From NCBI GenBank assembly GCA_964454175.1, contig CAYVSA010000038.1:3705-18982 (forward strand): a DNA stretch of 15,278 nucleotides, in the 5' to 3' direction. Source of the DNA: an uncultured Pseudomonadota bacterium. GTDB taxonomy: Bacteria > BMS3Abin14. This document shows, in pieces, positions 7,178 through 15,225 of the stretch (the first letter of the stretch is position 1; each line of letters begins with the position of its first letter). The notes below the pieces were generated by a model. It did not search any database, was not told where the DNA came from, and saw only the letters and a list, made by a program, of their open reading frames with translations. The position numbers and the translations under genes are program-made.

Positions 7178-8202
7178 GTGAAAAACTTCAGGGGTCACCG
7201 GGTTTGCAGCCCTGTTCAGTCCCCCTGGCCCTGACAATGGGAGATCCCTCCGGGATCGGCCCTGAGATCATATCCCTGGCCATGGAAAGGGAGGATCTCG
7301 GACAGTGTTGTATGGTGATCGGAGATCTTGCCCGACTGCGTATCGGTGCCAGGAAGGCCGGGAGCCGTGTGAAGTACAGGTCTGCCAGTGATCCTGAGGC
7401 TGCTTCCGGATACGATGGTGAGGTCCCGGTGATGGATCTGAAGAATGTTCCTGAAAACCTCAGATTCGGAAACCTTGCCGGGGAAGCCGGGGAAGCTGCC
7501 TATCAGAGTCTCGTGACTGCTATAGATCTCGCAGTTGATAAGAGGGTAGCCGGTATCGTTACAGCCCCCCTGAACAAGGAATCACTACACATGGCAGGGC
7601 ACAACTATCCCGGACATACCGAGATCCTTGCCGAGAGGACCGGCGCCTCCGATTATGTCATGATGCTGGTCGCAGGAAGTATGAGGGCCCTTCACGTTAC
7701 CAGCCACATCAGGTTTTCCGAAGTCCCCGAATTTATTACTGTAGAAAGGATACTGCGAGTACTCGAACTGGGCCGGGAGGCCCTGGTAAGGCTTGGTGTG
7801 GAAAAACCCAGGTTCGGGGTGGCGGGGCTGAATCCCCATGCAGGGGAAAGCGGCATTTTCGGCGACGAGGAGACGGAGATTATAGTACCGGCAGTGGAAA
7901 AAGCCTCAGAGCTGGGTATTGACGTCACCGGCCCGGTACCTCCCGATATCGTATTTCTCAGGATGAACAGGGGTGTGTATGATGCTGTTGTTGCCATGTA
8001 CCACGATCAGGGGCACATACCACTTAAGCTGTTTGCTTTCGAGTCCGGTGTCAATGTCACCCTCGGCCTTCCCATAATCAGAACATCTGTTGATCACGGC
8101 ACAGCTTTTGACATCGCGGGAAAGGGTCTTGCAGACCCAGGAAGTCTTGTGGAGGCCATCGAACTTGCCATCTCCCTTTCTGAAGATAGAGTGTCGGAAT
8201 GA
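7174..8202 (+). CDS. pdxA: PdxA-family dehydrogenase (PdxA2 / 4-phospho-sugar-acid-like subtype)
   Basis: MGDPSGIGPEI, TAPLNK, PGHTE, GLNPHAGE, AMYHDQG, RTSVDHGTAFDIAG. TTG start overlaps the upstream TGA; exact start uncertain. Confidence 0.92.
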   Translation: MSEKLQGSPGLQPCSVPLALTMGDPSGIGPEIISLAMEREDLGQCCMVIGDLARLRIGARKAGSRVKYRSASDPEAASGYDGEVPVMDLKNVPENLRFGNLAGEAGEAAYQSLVTAIDLAVDKRVAGIVTAPLNKESLHMAGHNYPGHTEILAERTGASDYVMMLVAGSMRALHVTSHIRFSEVPEFITVERILRVLELGREALVRLGVEKPRFGVAGLNPHAGESGIFGDEETEIIVPAVEKASELGIDVTGPVPPDIVFLRMNRGVYDAVVAMYHDQGHIPLKLFAFESGVNVTLGLPIIRTSVDHGTAFDIAGKGLADPGSLVEAIELAISLSEDRVSE

Positions 8203-9452
8203 AACTGTGTGGGCCAGTAAAGAAAAGAGTTAAGGACACAGCGTTCCTGGCTGGATTTTTGGCCCTTTTTTTCCTGACGACCGTTGTATTTCCGGGCGGC
8301 TCAAGCGCCCAGGAGGAAGGAGAAGAAGGCCTGACGATCGGGGTGGTCCTGCCGCTTTCCGGTGCCAATTCGGTCTTTGGGCGTATTCAGAAGAACTCAA
8401 TGATAATGGCTGCTGAGAAGATCAACGCTGAAGGAGGGATAAATGGTCGCCAACTCATACTTGATATCAGAAACTCGGGTAATCGATCAAAGGCGGCTAA
8501 GGATATTGCCAGGAGCTTCATCGAGAAAAAGGGCTATGCGCTGATAGTCGGCGGATTCAGTTCCAGTTCAACGAGGTCCATTGGAGCTTACGCCGAGAAG
8601 ATGGTTGTACCGTATCTGGCGATCACGGGGTCCTCGGATGCTATTACACAAAACGGCTATCGTTATGTTTTCAGGCTGAATCCTCCCATAGGCAGGTACA
8701 GTTCTGGCCTTGTGGAACTTATCTCCGAGAGGGTCAAGCCGGCGAAGATTGCTGTGGTTTATGAGAAGAGCAGCTTCGGAAAGGGAAATGCATCTGCGAT
8801 CCTCGCTGCCGCAACTGCCTCTGGCTGGGATGTGGTCGTAAATTACGGATTCACCAGCGGCGGTCTCGGATTGGAATCTCTTCTGGAGGCTATTTCCGAC
8901 AGGGAGCCGGATGTACTTTACATATCCTGTTATTCGAAAGACGCAGGGAGAATACTCACCGAACTCGCCGAGAGGAAAATATCTGTGGGTCTTGTAGCAG
9001 GGTCCTCTGAACTGGGAAAAGAGACTTTCGCAGCATCGGCAGGCCCATACGGAGAAAATGCCCTGGTTTCAGTCATCTGGGCGCCAGGACTTCCTTATCA
9101 GGGTATGGCTGAGTACGTCAGTGAGTTTTCGAACAGATTCGGCAAGGTACCCGATTACCATGGCGCCGAGGCCTATGCATCTATTCAGGTTGCAGCAAAT
9201 GCCCTCAGAAAGGTGTCCTTTGTTGAGCCTGCGGCCGTGACCGAGGCTCTAGCCAGTACCGAGATGGATACTGTTTTCGGCTATATCTCCTTCGTAGAGT
9301 CCGAAGGCTATAATAATCAAAACATGCCGCCGACCTATGTAGTCCAGTGGCAGAATAGTAAAAAGCCTGTTGTCTGGCCCCCCGATTTTGCAGAATCTGA
9401 TCTAATCCTGCCAGGAGACAAAGCTGCACTGGAAACGCTGTTGGGTGATTAA
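8199..9452 (+). CDS. Branched-chain amino acid (LivJ/LivK-type) ABC transporter substrate-binding protein
   Basis: Signal peptide ending SSA/QEE; TIGVVLPLSG, INAEGGINGRQL, GGFSS, YVFRL, VQWQN, VVWP typical of Peripla_BP_6. ATGA overlap with pdxA. Confidence 0.88.
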   Translation: MKLCGPVKKRVKDTAFLAGFLALFFLTTVVFPGGSSAQEEGEEGLTIGVVLPLSGANSVFGRIQKNSMIMAAEKINAEGGINGRQLILDIRNSGNRSKAAKDIARSFIEKKGYALIVGGFSSSSTRSIGAYAEKMVVPYLAITGSSDAITQNGYRYVFRLNPPIGRYSSGLVELISERVKPAKIAVVYEKSSFGKGNASAILAAATASGWDVVVNYGFTSGGLGLESLLEAISDREPDVLYISCYSKDAGRILTELAERKISVGLVAGSSELGKETFAASAGPYGENALVSVIWAPGLPYQGMAEYVSEFSNRFGKVPDYHGAEAYASIQVAANALRKVSFVEPAAVTEALASTEMDTVFGYISFVESEGYNNQNMPPTYVVQWQNSKKPVVWPPDFAESDLILPGDKAALETLLGD

Positions 9453-9570
9453 ATGTGTCAGATCAGTCTCTACCTGAGGGCACCCGAATCAGTAACCTGC
9501 TAATCAGGTTGTAGACTCGAGAGGAAAGAGAAAATGGCACCTTTCACTTTACGACCCTGCCAGTTGATAA

Positions 9571-9591
9571 AAGTAACGGTTAGTGTTACTT
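9571..9591. promoter_or_regulatory. Candidate operator palindrome upstream of the malic enzyme gene
   Basis: AAGTAAC-N7-GTTACTT, a perfect 7-bp AT-rich inverted repeat in the intergenic region. Confidence 0.35.
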
Positions 9592-9699
9592 ATCCCAGTC
9601 TGGAACCGCTTTATTACATTATGAAAGAACGTCCCACTGCCCTGGGGGAATTAGTCATTTTACCTTATTGACCAACAATTGCCGGAGAAACACCCTGTC

Positions 9700-12276
9700 A
9701 TGAAAAAAACTCGAAAAGATACAAATACGCCCCTGCTCGATCACATCGGACTGGAGCTGAGAGAGAAGAACAGAGGCCTTATTGGGGTGGGCAGCAAGAT
9801 ACCCATCAAGGATTCCTCGGCCCTCAGCCTTCTTTACACTCCGGGTGTGGCCGGACCTTGCCTGGAGATAGAAAAAGATCCAATACGATCCTATGAACTC
9901 ACCTGCAGGGGCAACACCGTTGCAGTAGTGAGTGACGGCTCGGCAGTGTACGGGTTGGGCAGCACCGGGCCGTACTCGGCGCTCGCAATGCTGGAAGGAC
10001 GAAGTGTTTTTTTTAAGACTTTCGCCGGCGTCGACGCAATGCCGATCTCCCTTGACACACAGGACTGTGACGAGATCGTGAATATATGTCTCAGGCTGTC
10101 GACCAGCTTCGGGGGGATCGTTCTGGAGGATATAGCCGCACCCAAATGCTTCACCCTTGAGAGGAACCTGAAAAAGGCAACCAGGATCCCCGTTTTCCAC
10201 AACGATCAGCACGGCGCGGCTATTGCGGTCCTTGCAGCTCTAATTAATGCCCTGAAGGTCGTGGAAAAGAAAATTGACAAGGTGAAGATCATTATCAACG
10301 GGGCCGGAGCTGGTGGTATCGGTACAGCCAGGCTCCTGCTGGCCGCCGGCGCCAGGGACGTCGTCCTCTGTGATCGGTACGGCTCCATCTACCGTTACAG
10401 ACTCCACCCCATGAACTGGGCCAAATCGGATATCGCCCTTCAGACCAACCGTCCTCGAAAGAGCGGTACCCTCGCAGAAATGATGGACGGCGCAGACGTT
10501 TTCATTGGTCTGTCCGCTCCGGGCATCGTATCCCCCGATATGGTTAAGAGCATGAACAAGGGTGCCATAGTATTTGCCATGGCAAACCCGATCCCCGAGA
10601 TCATGCCCAATGAGGCACTCAAGGCGGGAGCTGCTGTTGTTGGATCCGGCAGGTCCGATTTTCCTAACGAGATCAACTCAGCCTACGTTGCACCCGGTCT
10701 TTACAGGGGGCTGCTTGACGTGCGTGCGCCGAGGATAACTGACCGGATGTACCTTGCCGCAGCTGAGGTCGTTGCCGGAATGGTGAAGGAAGAGCAGCTC
10801 AATCCATCCAACATAGTACCCCCCATCTTCGACTTCCGGATCGCTTCAAAGCTGGCTCGGGTTGTGGCAGAGGAAGCCATTGACTCCGGGGATGCAAGGG
10901 TAAATGTATCCCCTCTCCAGATCGAGGAGAAAACGCAGCGTATTGTATATGAGGATGAATACACTGTCCTTCCCAAACCGGTACCCGGCAAGAAAAAAAT
11001 GGACCTTTTCGAAGAGTCCGTGGAACTTCATAACAAGTATCAGGGTGTCCTGGAGGTAAAGGTAAAAGTTCCGGTACGGGACGAGTACCTTCTGAATCGC
11101 GTTTATCTGCCCCCGGAGGCCACAGAAGCCAGTATCCTGATCTCTAAAGAACCTGAAAAAGTCTACGACCTGACCTGCAAGGGGAACCTTGTTGCGATAG
11201 TCAGCGACGGGAGCGCGGTCCTGGGCCTCGGAAACATAGGGCCACGCGCTGCATTGCCTGTTATGGAGGGCAAGGCCATCTTGTTCAAGACTTTCGCCGG
11301 AGTGGAAGCCTTCCCCATTTGTGTCTGCACCCAGGATGTGGACGAGATCGTAGACCTGGTTAAAGCGATCTCCCCGACTTTTGGCGGTGTGAACCTTGAG
11401 GATATTTCTTCGCCGCGCTGTTTTGAAATAGAAGAGCGACTCAAGGCCGAGACCGACATCCCGGTATTTCACGACGATCAGCATGGTACGGCCGTGGTGG
11501 TTCTTGGCGGCATGATGAATGCCCTGAAAATAGTCGGCAAGAAACTGTCTGACGTTAATATAGTCATGAACGGTGCCGGTGCTGCATCGATCGCAACTGC
11601 CAAGCTCCTCATGACCGCCGGGGCGCAGAACATCACACTGTGCGATATTAACGGCACGATATTCAAAGGCAGGAAAAAGGGCATGAACCGTGTCCTCGAG
11701 GAAATGGCGCTAATAACAAACGCGGACAGGTTAAAGGGGGGTACAGCCGACGCAATGAAGGGTGCGGATGTCTTTATGGGCCTTTCAGCTCCCAACACGG
11801 TTACCATGGAGATGGTTAAGAGCATGGCAAAAGATCCGATAGTGTTCGCTATGGCAAATCCCGTTCCGGAGATCATGCCCGAGGAAGCTGCAGCAGGCGG
11901 CGCTGCAGTCGTGGCTACAGGCAGATCGGATTTCAGGAACCAGGTGAACAATTCAATGGCCTTCCCGGGGATCTTCAGGGGGGCATTGGACGTGAGGGCC
12001 AGGAACATAAACGACAGGATGAAAATAGCTGCCGCAGAGGCTATCGCAGGGTACGTCGATGACACAAAACTCGAGCCGAACTACATAATACCAAGCACGA
12101 TGGATTTCAAAATACCTCCCCTGGTTGCCGCTGCCGTAGCAAAGTCTGCGATGGAAACGGGTGAGGCCAAGATCACAGTGTCTCCCGATGAGGTTGCTGA
12201 AAAAACTCTTGAGTACCTCTATGAGGGCCATATGAAGTACATTGTCGGCAGCATCAACAACGAAGAAAAAAGCTGA
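9700..12276 (+). CDS. Tandem-duplicated NAD(P)-dependent malic enzyme (two fused minimal malic-enzyme units)
   Basis: Every malic-enzyme motif occurs twice, about 424 aa apart: VSDGSAV.GLG, FKTFAGV, LEDI..P.CF, FH.DQHG, NGAGA, VFAMANP.PEIMP, GRSDF.N, RG.LDVRA. No PTA domain, so not MaeB. Start is ATG 9700 or TTG 9679. Confidence 0.95.
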   Translation: MKKTRKDTNTPLLDHIGLELREKNRGLIGVGSKIPIKDSSALSLLYTPGVAGPCLEIEKDPIRSYELTCRGNTVAVVSDGSAVYGLGSTGPYSALAMLEGRSVFFKTFAGVDAMPISLDTQDCDEIVNICLRLSTSFGGIVLEDIAAPKCFTLERNLKKATRIPVFHNDQHGAAIAVLAALINALKVVEKKIDKVKIIINGAGAGGIGTARLLLAAGARDVVLCDRYGSIYRYRLHPMNWAKSDIALQTNRPRKSGTLAEMMDGADVFIGLSAPGIVSPDMVKSMNKGAIVFAMANPIPEIMPNEALKAGAAVVGSGRSDFPNEINSAYVAPGLYRGLLDVRAPRITDRMYLAAAEVVAGMVKEEQLNPSNIVPPIFDFRIASKLARVVAEEAIDSGDARVNVSPLQIEEKTQRIVYEDEYTVLPKPVPGKKKMDLFEESVELHNKYQGVLEVKVKVPVRDEYLLNRVYLPPEATEASILISKEPEKVYDLTCKGNLVAIVSDGSAVLGLGNIGPRAALPVMEGKAILFKTFAGVEAFPICVCTQDVDEIVDLVKAISPTFGGVNLEDISSPRCFEIEERLKAETDIPVFHDDQHGTAVVVLGGMMNALKIVGKKLSDVNIVMNGAGAASIATAKLLMTAGAQNITLCDINGTIFKGRKKGMNRVLEEMALITNADRLKGGTADAMKGADVFMGLSAPNTVTMEMVKSMAKDPIVFAMANPVPEIMPEEAAAGGAAVVATGRSDFRNQVNNSMAFPGIFRGALDVRARNINDRMKIAAAEAIAGYVDDTKLEPNYIIPSTMDFKIPPLVAAAVAKSAMETGEAKITVSPDEVAEKTLEYLYEGHMKYIVGSINNEEKS

Positions 12277-12323
12277 CCGACTGCTGCAGACCAACCTCCG
12301 GCAGCCTCCTTACCAATAATCAG

Positions 12324-13766
12324 ATGGAAATCAGACCGCTGCGCGAAAAAAGCCGTAAAAAGATCAGGGAAATAGTCGGTCCAGATTACTGCTCCGACAG
12401 GACAGAGGACCTGTTCCTCTATGCCTACGACGCCATGAACCGCCGTTACCTCCCGGACATGGTCGCACACCCGGGTGGTCCTGATGAGATCTCCCGCATG
12501 ATGAAACTCGCAAACACCGATGGTTTCGCGGTGGTGCCGAGAGGTGCGGGAACGGGTATGACGGGTGGTTCACTGGCTGTGAGCGGTGGACTTATTCTCT
12601 GTACCGATCGAATGAATGAGATCCTTACGATGGATGCCGGCAACATGACTGCCTGGGCCGAGTCCGGAGCCACTAATGGCAGCCTTCAGGCCGAGGCCGG
12701 CAAGGCGGGCCTCTTTTTCCCTCCGGACCCATCCAGCATGCATATATCAACCCTCGGCGGGAACGCGGCTGAAAACGCGGGCGGTCACAGGGCCGTAAAG
12801 TATGGCGTTACCAGGGACTGGATCATGGCCCTGGAGGTGGTGCTGCCCACAGGTGAAGTGATCAAAACAGGTTCTGCCGCCATTAAAAGCGTGACCGGCT
12901 ACGATCTCACACGGCTCATGGTGGGAAGTGAGGGAACCCTGGGGATAATTACAAAGCTTTTGTGCCGTCTGCTTCCGAAGCCCGAGGCTGTGAGGACGAT
13001 GATGGCCGTTTTCTCCGGGTTGGAGGCTGCCTCGGCCACTGTTGCAGGAATAATGTCGAGCCGGATCGTACCATCCACCCTGGAGTTCATGGATTCAGCG
13101 GCAATAAACTGCGTTGAGGACTACATGCAGGCCGGACTTCCCACCGATGCAGCGGCCCTCCTCCTGATAGAAGTAGACGGCGACGCTGTCCACGCAGATC
13201 ACCAGGCATCCGTTATTGAAAAGGTCTGCGAGGAGTCGGGTGCACTTTACGTCAAGAGGGCGGGTGATGAAGGGGAAAGAGAAGCGCTGTGGAAGGCCCG
13301 GCGTTCCCTTTCTCCGGCTATAATGAAGATCAGGCCGCTCAAGTTAAATGAAGACGTGGCGGTGCCGCGGATGAAGATACCTGAATTGATAGTGGGTGTG
13401 GAGAAGATAGCAGGAGAACGGGGTATTAACATCGTTAATTTCGGGCATGCAGGCGATGGCAACGTACATGTCAACATCCTGGTAGATCCTGAAGACAGTG
13501 ACGAAATGACCCAGGCAGAAAGGGCAGTGGAGGACCTGTTCGCCCTGGTTGTAAGCCTTGGTGGATCACTTTCAGGAGAACACGGTATCGGTATCGCCAA
13601 AGCCGCGTACATGGGCATGGAGCTTGACTCTGGCTCTATCGGTGTTATGAAGAAAATAAAGGGGGCGCTTGACCCGAACAACGTGTTAAACCCCCACAAG
13701 ACCTTCGACTTCGAGGCTTCCTTAAAGGACAGGGAGCTTGTGAGGACGTATGAAAAGAGAAAATAA
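12324..13766 (+). CDS. glcD: FAD-linked 2-hydroxy-acid dehydrogenase subunit (GlcD / D-lactate dehydrogenase-like)
   Basis: PRGAGTG, FPPDPSS, GGNAAENAGG, GSEGTLGIIT, EDVAVP, GHAGDGNVH, SGEHGIG, DPNNVLNP. Confidence 0.88.
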   Translation: MEIRPLREKSRKKIREIVGPDYCSDRTEDLFLYAYDAMNRRYLPDMVAHPGGPDEISRMMKLANTDGFAVVPRGAGTGMTGGSLAVSGGLILCTDRMNEILTMDAGNMTAWAESGATNGSLQAEAGKAGLFFPPDPSSMHISTLGGNAAENAGGHRAVKYGVTRDWIMALEVVLPTGEVIKTGSAAIKSVTGYDLTRLMVGSEGTLGIITKLLCRLLPKPEAVRTMMAVFSGLEAASATVAGIMSSRIVPSTLEFMDSAAINCVEDYMQAGLPTDAAALLLIEVDGDAVHADHQASVIEKVCEESGALYVKRAGDEGEREALWKARRSLSPAIMKIRPLKLNEDVAVPRMKIPELIVGVEKIAGERGINIVNFGHAGDGNVHVNILVDPEDSDEMTQAERAVEDLFALVVSLGGSLSGEHGIGIAKAAYMGMELDSGSIGVMKKIKGALDPNNVLNPHKTFDFEASLKDRELVRTYEKRK

Positions 13767-15063
13767 GGGAAAGTCGATATCACTGGAAGGGTTTTCCTCC
13801 TGCGTAAAGTGCGGAACATGCCACACTGTGTGTCCTGTCTTCTCAACGGTGCCGGCAGAGTCCCACTCGGCAAGGGGCAAGATGGCCCTGATAGAGGCCG
13901 CTGCCGATGGCAGCCTGGCCGAGTCAGACAGGTTCCGCGATTACCTGGAGCTGTGCCTTCTCTGCGGCGCCTGCCAGGAGGCGTGCCCCAACCTGGTCCC
14001 AACAGTACCGATCATGCTCGAGGCAAGGAGAAATGCAGCCGGCAAGGTCGGGATAAAAAGCGGCAAGGGTTTTATCCTCAAGCACATACTGGCCGCTGCC
14101 GGCAGGTTCAGGTTCGCTATGAAAACGGGCCATGCCCTGCAGTGGCTCATGTTTAAAAAAATCCCGGAGAACAGAGGGATCCGCAGGCGCCTGCCGCTTC
14201 CCGCCGTACACAGCGACAGAACGCTTCCACGGGTGGCTGACAGGTTCTTTACCGAATCCTTCCGGGGTACCGTTCGGGAAGGCACCGGTCCGAAGGTAGG
14301 CATCTTTTCAGGATGCATTGTGGAATATTTCTATCCGGAGATAGGCAGGAACATGGTTGATATCCTGGGGGACATGGACGTGACAGTTATAGTGCCATCA
14401 GATCAGACCTGCTGCGGTATGCCTGCCCTGGCGGGGGGAGCAATGGACATCGTCAGGGAACTGGCGGTAAAGAACCTTGAGGAATTCGAAAAGAGCGAAG
14501 TGGATTACATTGTCACTGGATGCGCTACGTGCGGGAGCAACCTGAAGGGAAACTACCAGCAGATACTGGAAGAAGCCGGCGTCGAGCCCGTCCGGGCCGA
14601 AGCCTTTGTCTCGAAAATGAGGGACATAAATGAATTGTTGACCGAGCTTGGGAAACCCGAGCCGTCTGCGGACAGGGTGATTTCGGAACACTCGGGCATG
14701 TTGAAAGTCACCTACCACCACCCATGCCACCTTGGAAGATCCCAGGGGATAACGGATGAGCCAGTGAGGATCATAGAGTCCACACCCGGTGTCCAGTATG
14801 TGACTATGGAAGACGCCCAGACCTGCTGCGGTATGGGAGGCTCCTTCAGCATCGAGCATTACGATATATCCCTAATGATCAATGACCGCAAGGTCAGGAT
14901 GATCGAAAGCTCGAAGGCCGACGCTGTGGTGACGTCATGTCCCGCGTGCATCATGCATATAAGGGACGGCCTGGTGCGAAACGGGTTGGGCCACATCGAG
15001 GTCCTGCATGTCGTGGAACTCATGAAAAGGCAGGAAAAGGAAAAACTCCCACAAAGCGCCTGA
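13750..15063 (+). CDS. glcF: Fe-S subunit of 2-hydroxy-acid dehydrogenase (GlcF-like; 2x[4Fe-4S] plus two CCG domains)
   Basis: CVKCGTCHTVCP, CLLCGACQEACP, QTCCGMP..GCATC, YHHPCHL, TCCGMGG, TSCPAC; overlaps glcD by 17 nt. Confidence 0.88.
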   Translation: MKRENKGKSISLEGFSSCVKCGTCHTVCPVFSTVPAESHSARGKMALIEAAADGSLAESDRFRDYLELCLLCGACQEACPNLVPTVPIMLEARRNAAGKVGIKSGKGFILKHILAAAGRFRFAMKTGHALQWLMFKKIPENRGIRRRLPLPAVHSDRTLPRVADRFFTESFRGTVREGTGPKVGIFSGCIVEYFYPEIGRNMVDILGDMDVTVIVPSDQTCCGMPALAGGAMDIVRELAVKNLEEFEKSEVDYIVTGCATCGSNLKGNYQQILEEAGVEPVRAEAFVSKMRDINELLTELGKPEPSADRVISEHSGMLKVTYHHPCHLGRSQGITDEPVRIIESTPGVQYVTMEDAQTCCGMGGSFSIEHYDISLMINDRKVRMIESSKADAVVTSCPACIMHIRDGLVRNGLGHIEVLHVVELMKRQEKEKLPQSA

Positions 15064-15068
15064 ATACC

Positions 15069-15097
15069 TTGACAAATAACATGCCCAATGTTATCAG
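15069..15097 (+). promoter_or_regulatory. Putative sigma70 promoter of the tRNA gene
   Basis: TTGACA (15069-15074), 17-nt spacer, TG-t-TATCAG (-10 at 15092-15097, last base non-consensus), then a GC-rich GGGTC discriminator-like segment. Confidence 0.55.
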
Positions 15098-15109
15098 GGG
15101 TCTGCTTGT

Positions 15110-15186
<77 letters not shown>

Positions 15187-15196
15187 AACAATAAAT

Positions 15197-15225
15197 GAGG
15201 GCTCTTTCACGAGAGCCCTCTTTTT
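15197..15225 (+). terminator. Rho-independent terminator
   Basis: GAGGGCTCT (15197-15205) / AGAGCCCTC (15212-15220) perfect 9-bp stem followed by TTTTT, 10 nt after the tRNA. Confidence 0.9.

Noticed and set aside
9535-9550. Sigma54 promoter (TGGCAC) upstream of the malic enzyme
   Set aside because: No GC at the -12 position (GG-N10 is followed by TT). The minus-strand TGGCAC near 700 also has the wrong spacing.
10007-10014. T8 homopolymer as a phase-variation or frameshift site (also A8 at 3406-3413)
   Set aside because: The reading frames are intact and the runs encode ordinary Phe or Lys codons.
9700-12276. MaeB (malic enzyme-phosphotransacetylase fusion), suggested by length
   Set aside because: The C-terminal half is a second malic-enzyme unit with no PTA motifs.
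1880-14859. Long antisense ORFs (e.g. 1880-2440, 6598-7152, 10846-11484, 11478-12065, 13247-14002)
   Set aside because: They are shadows of strongly supported plus-strand genes and show no recognisable motifs.
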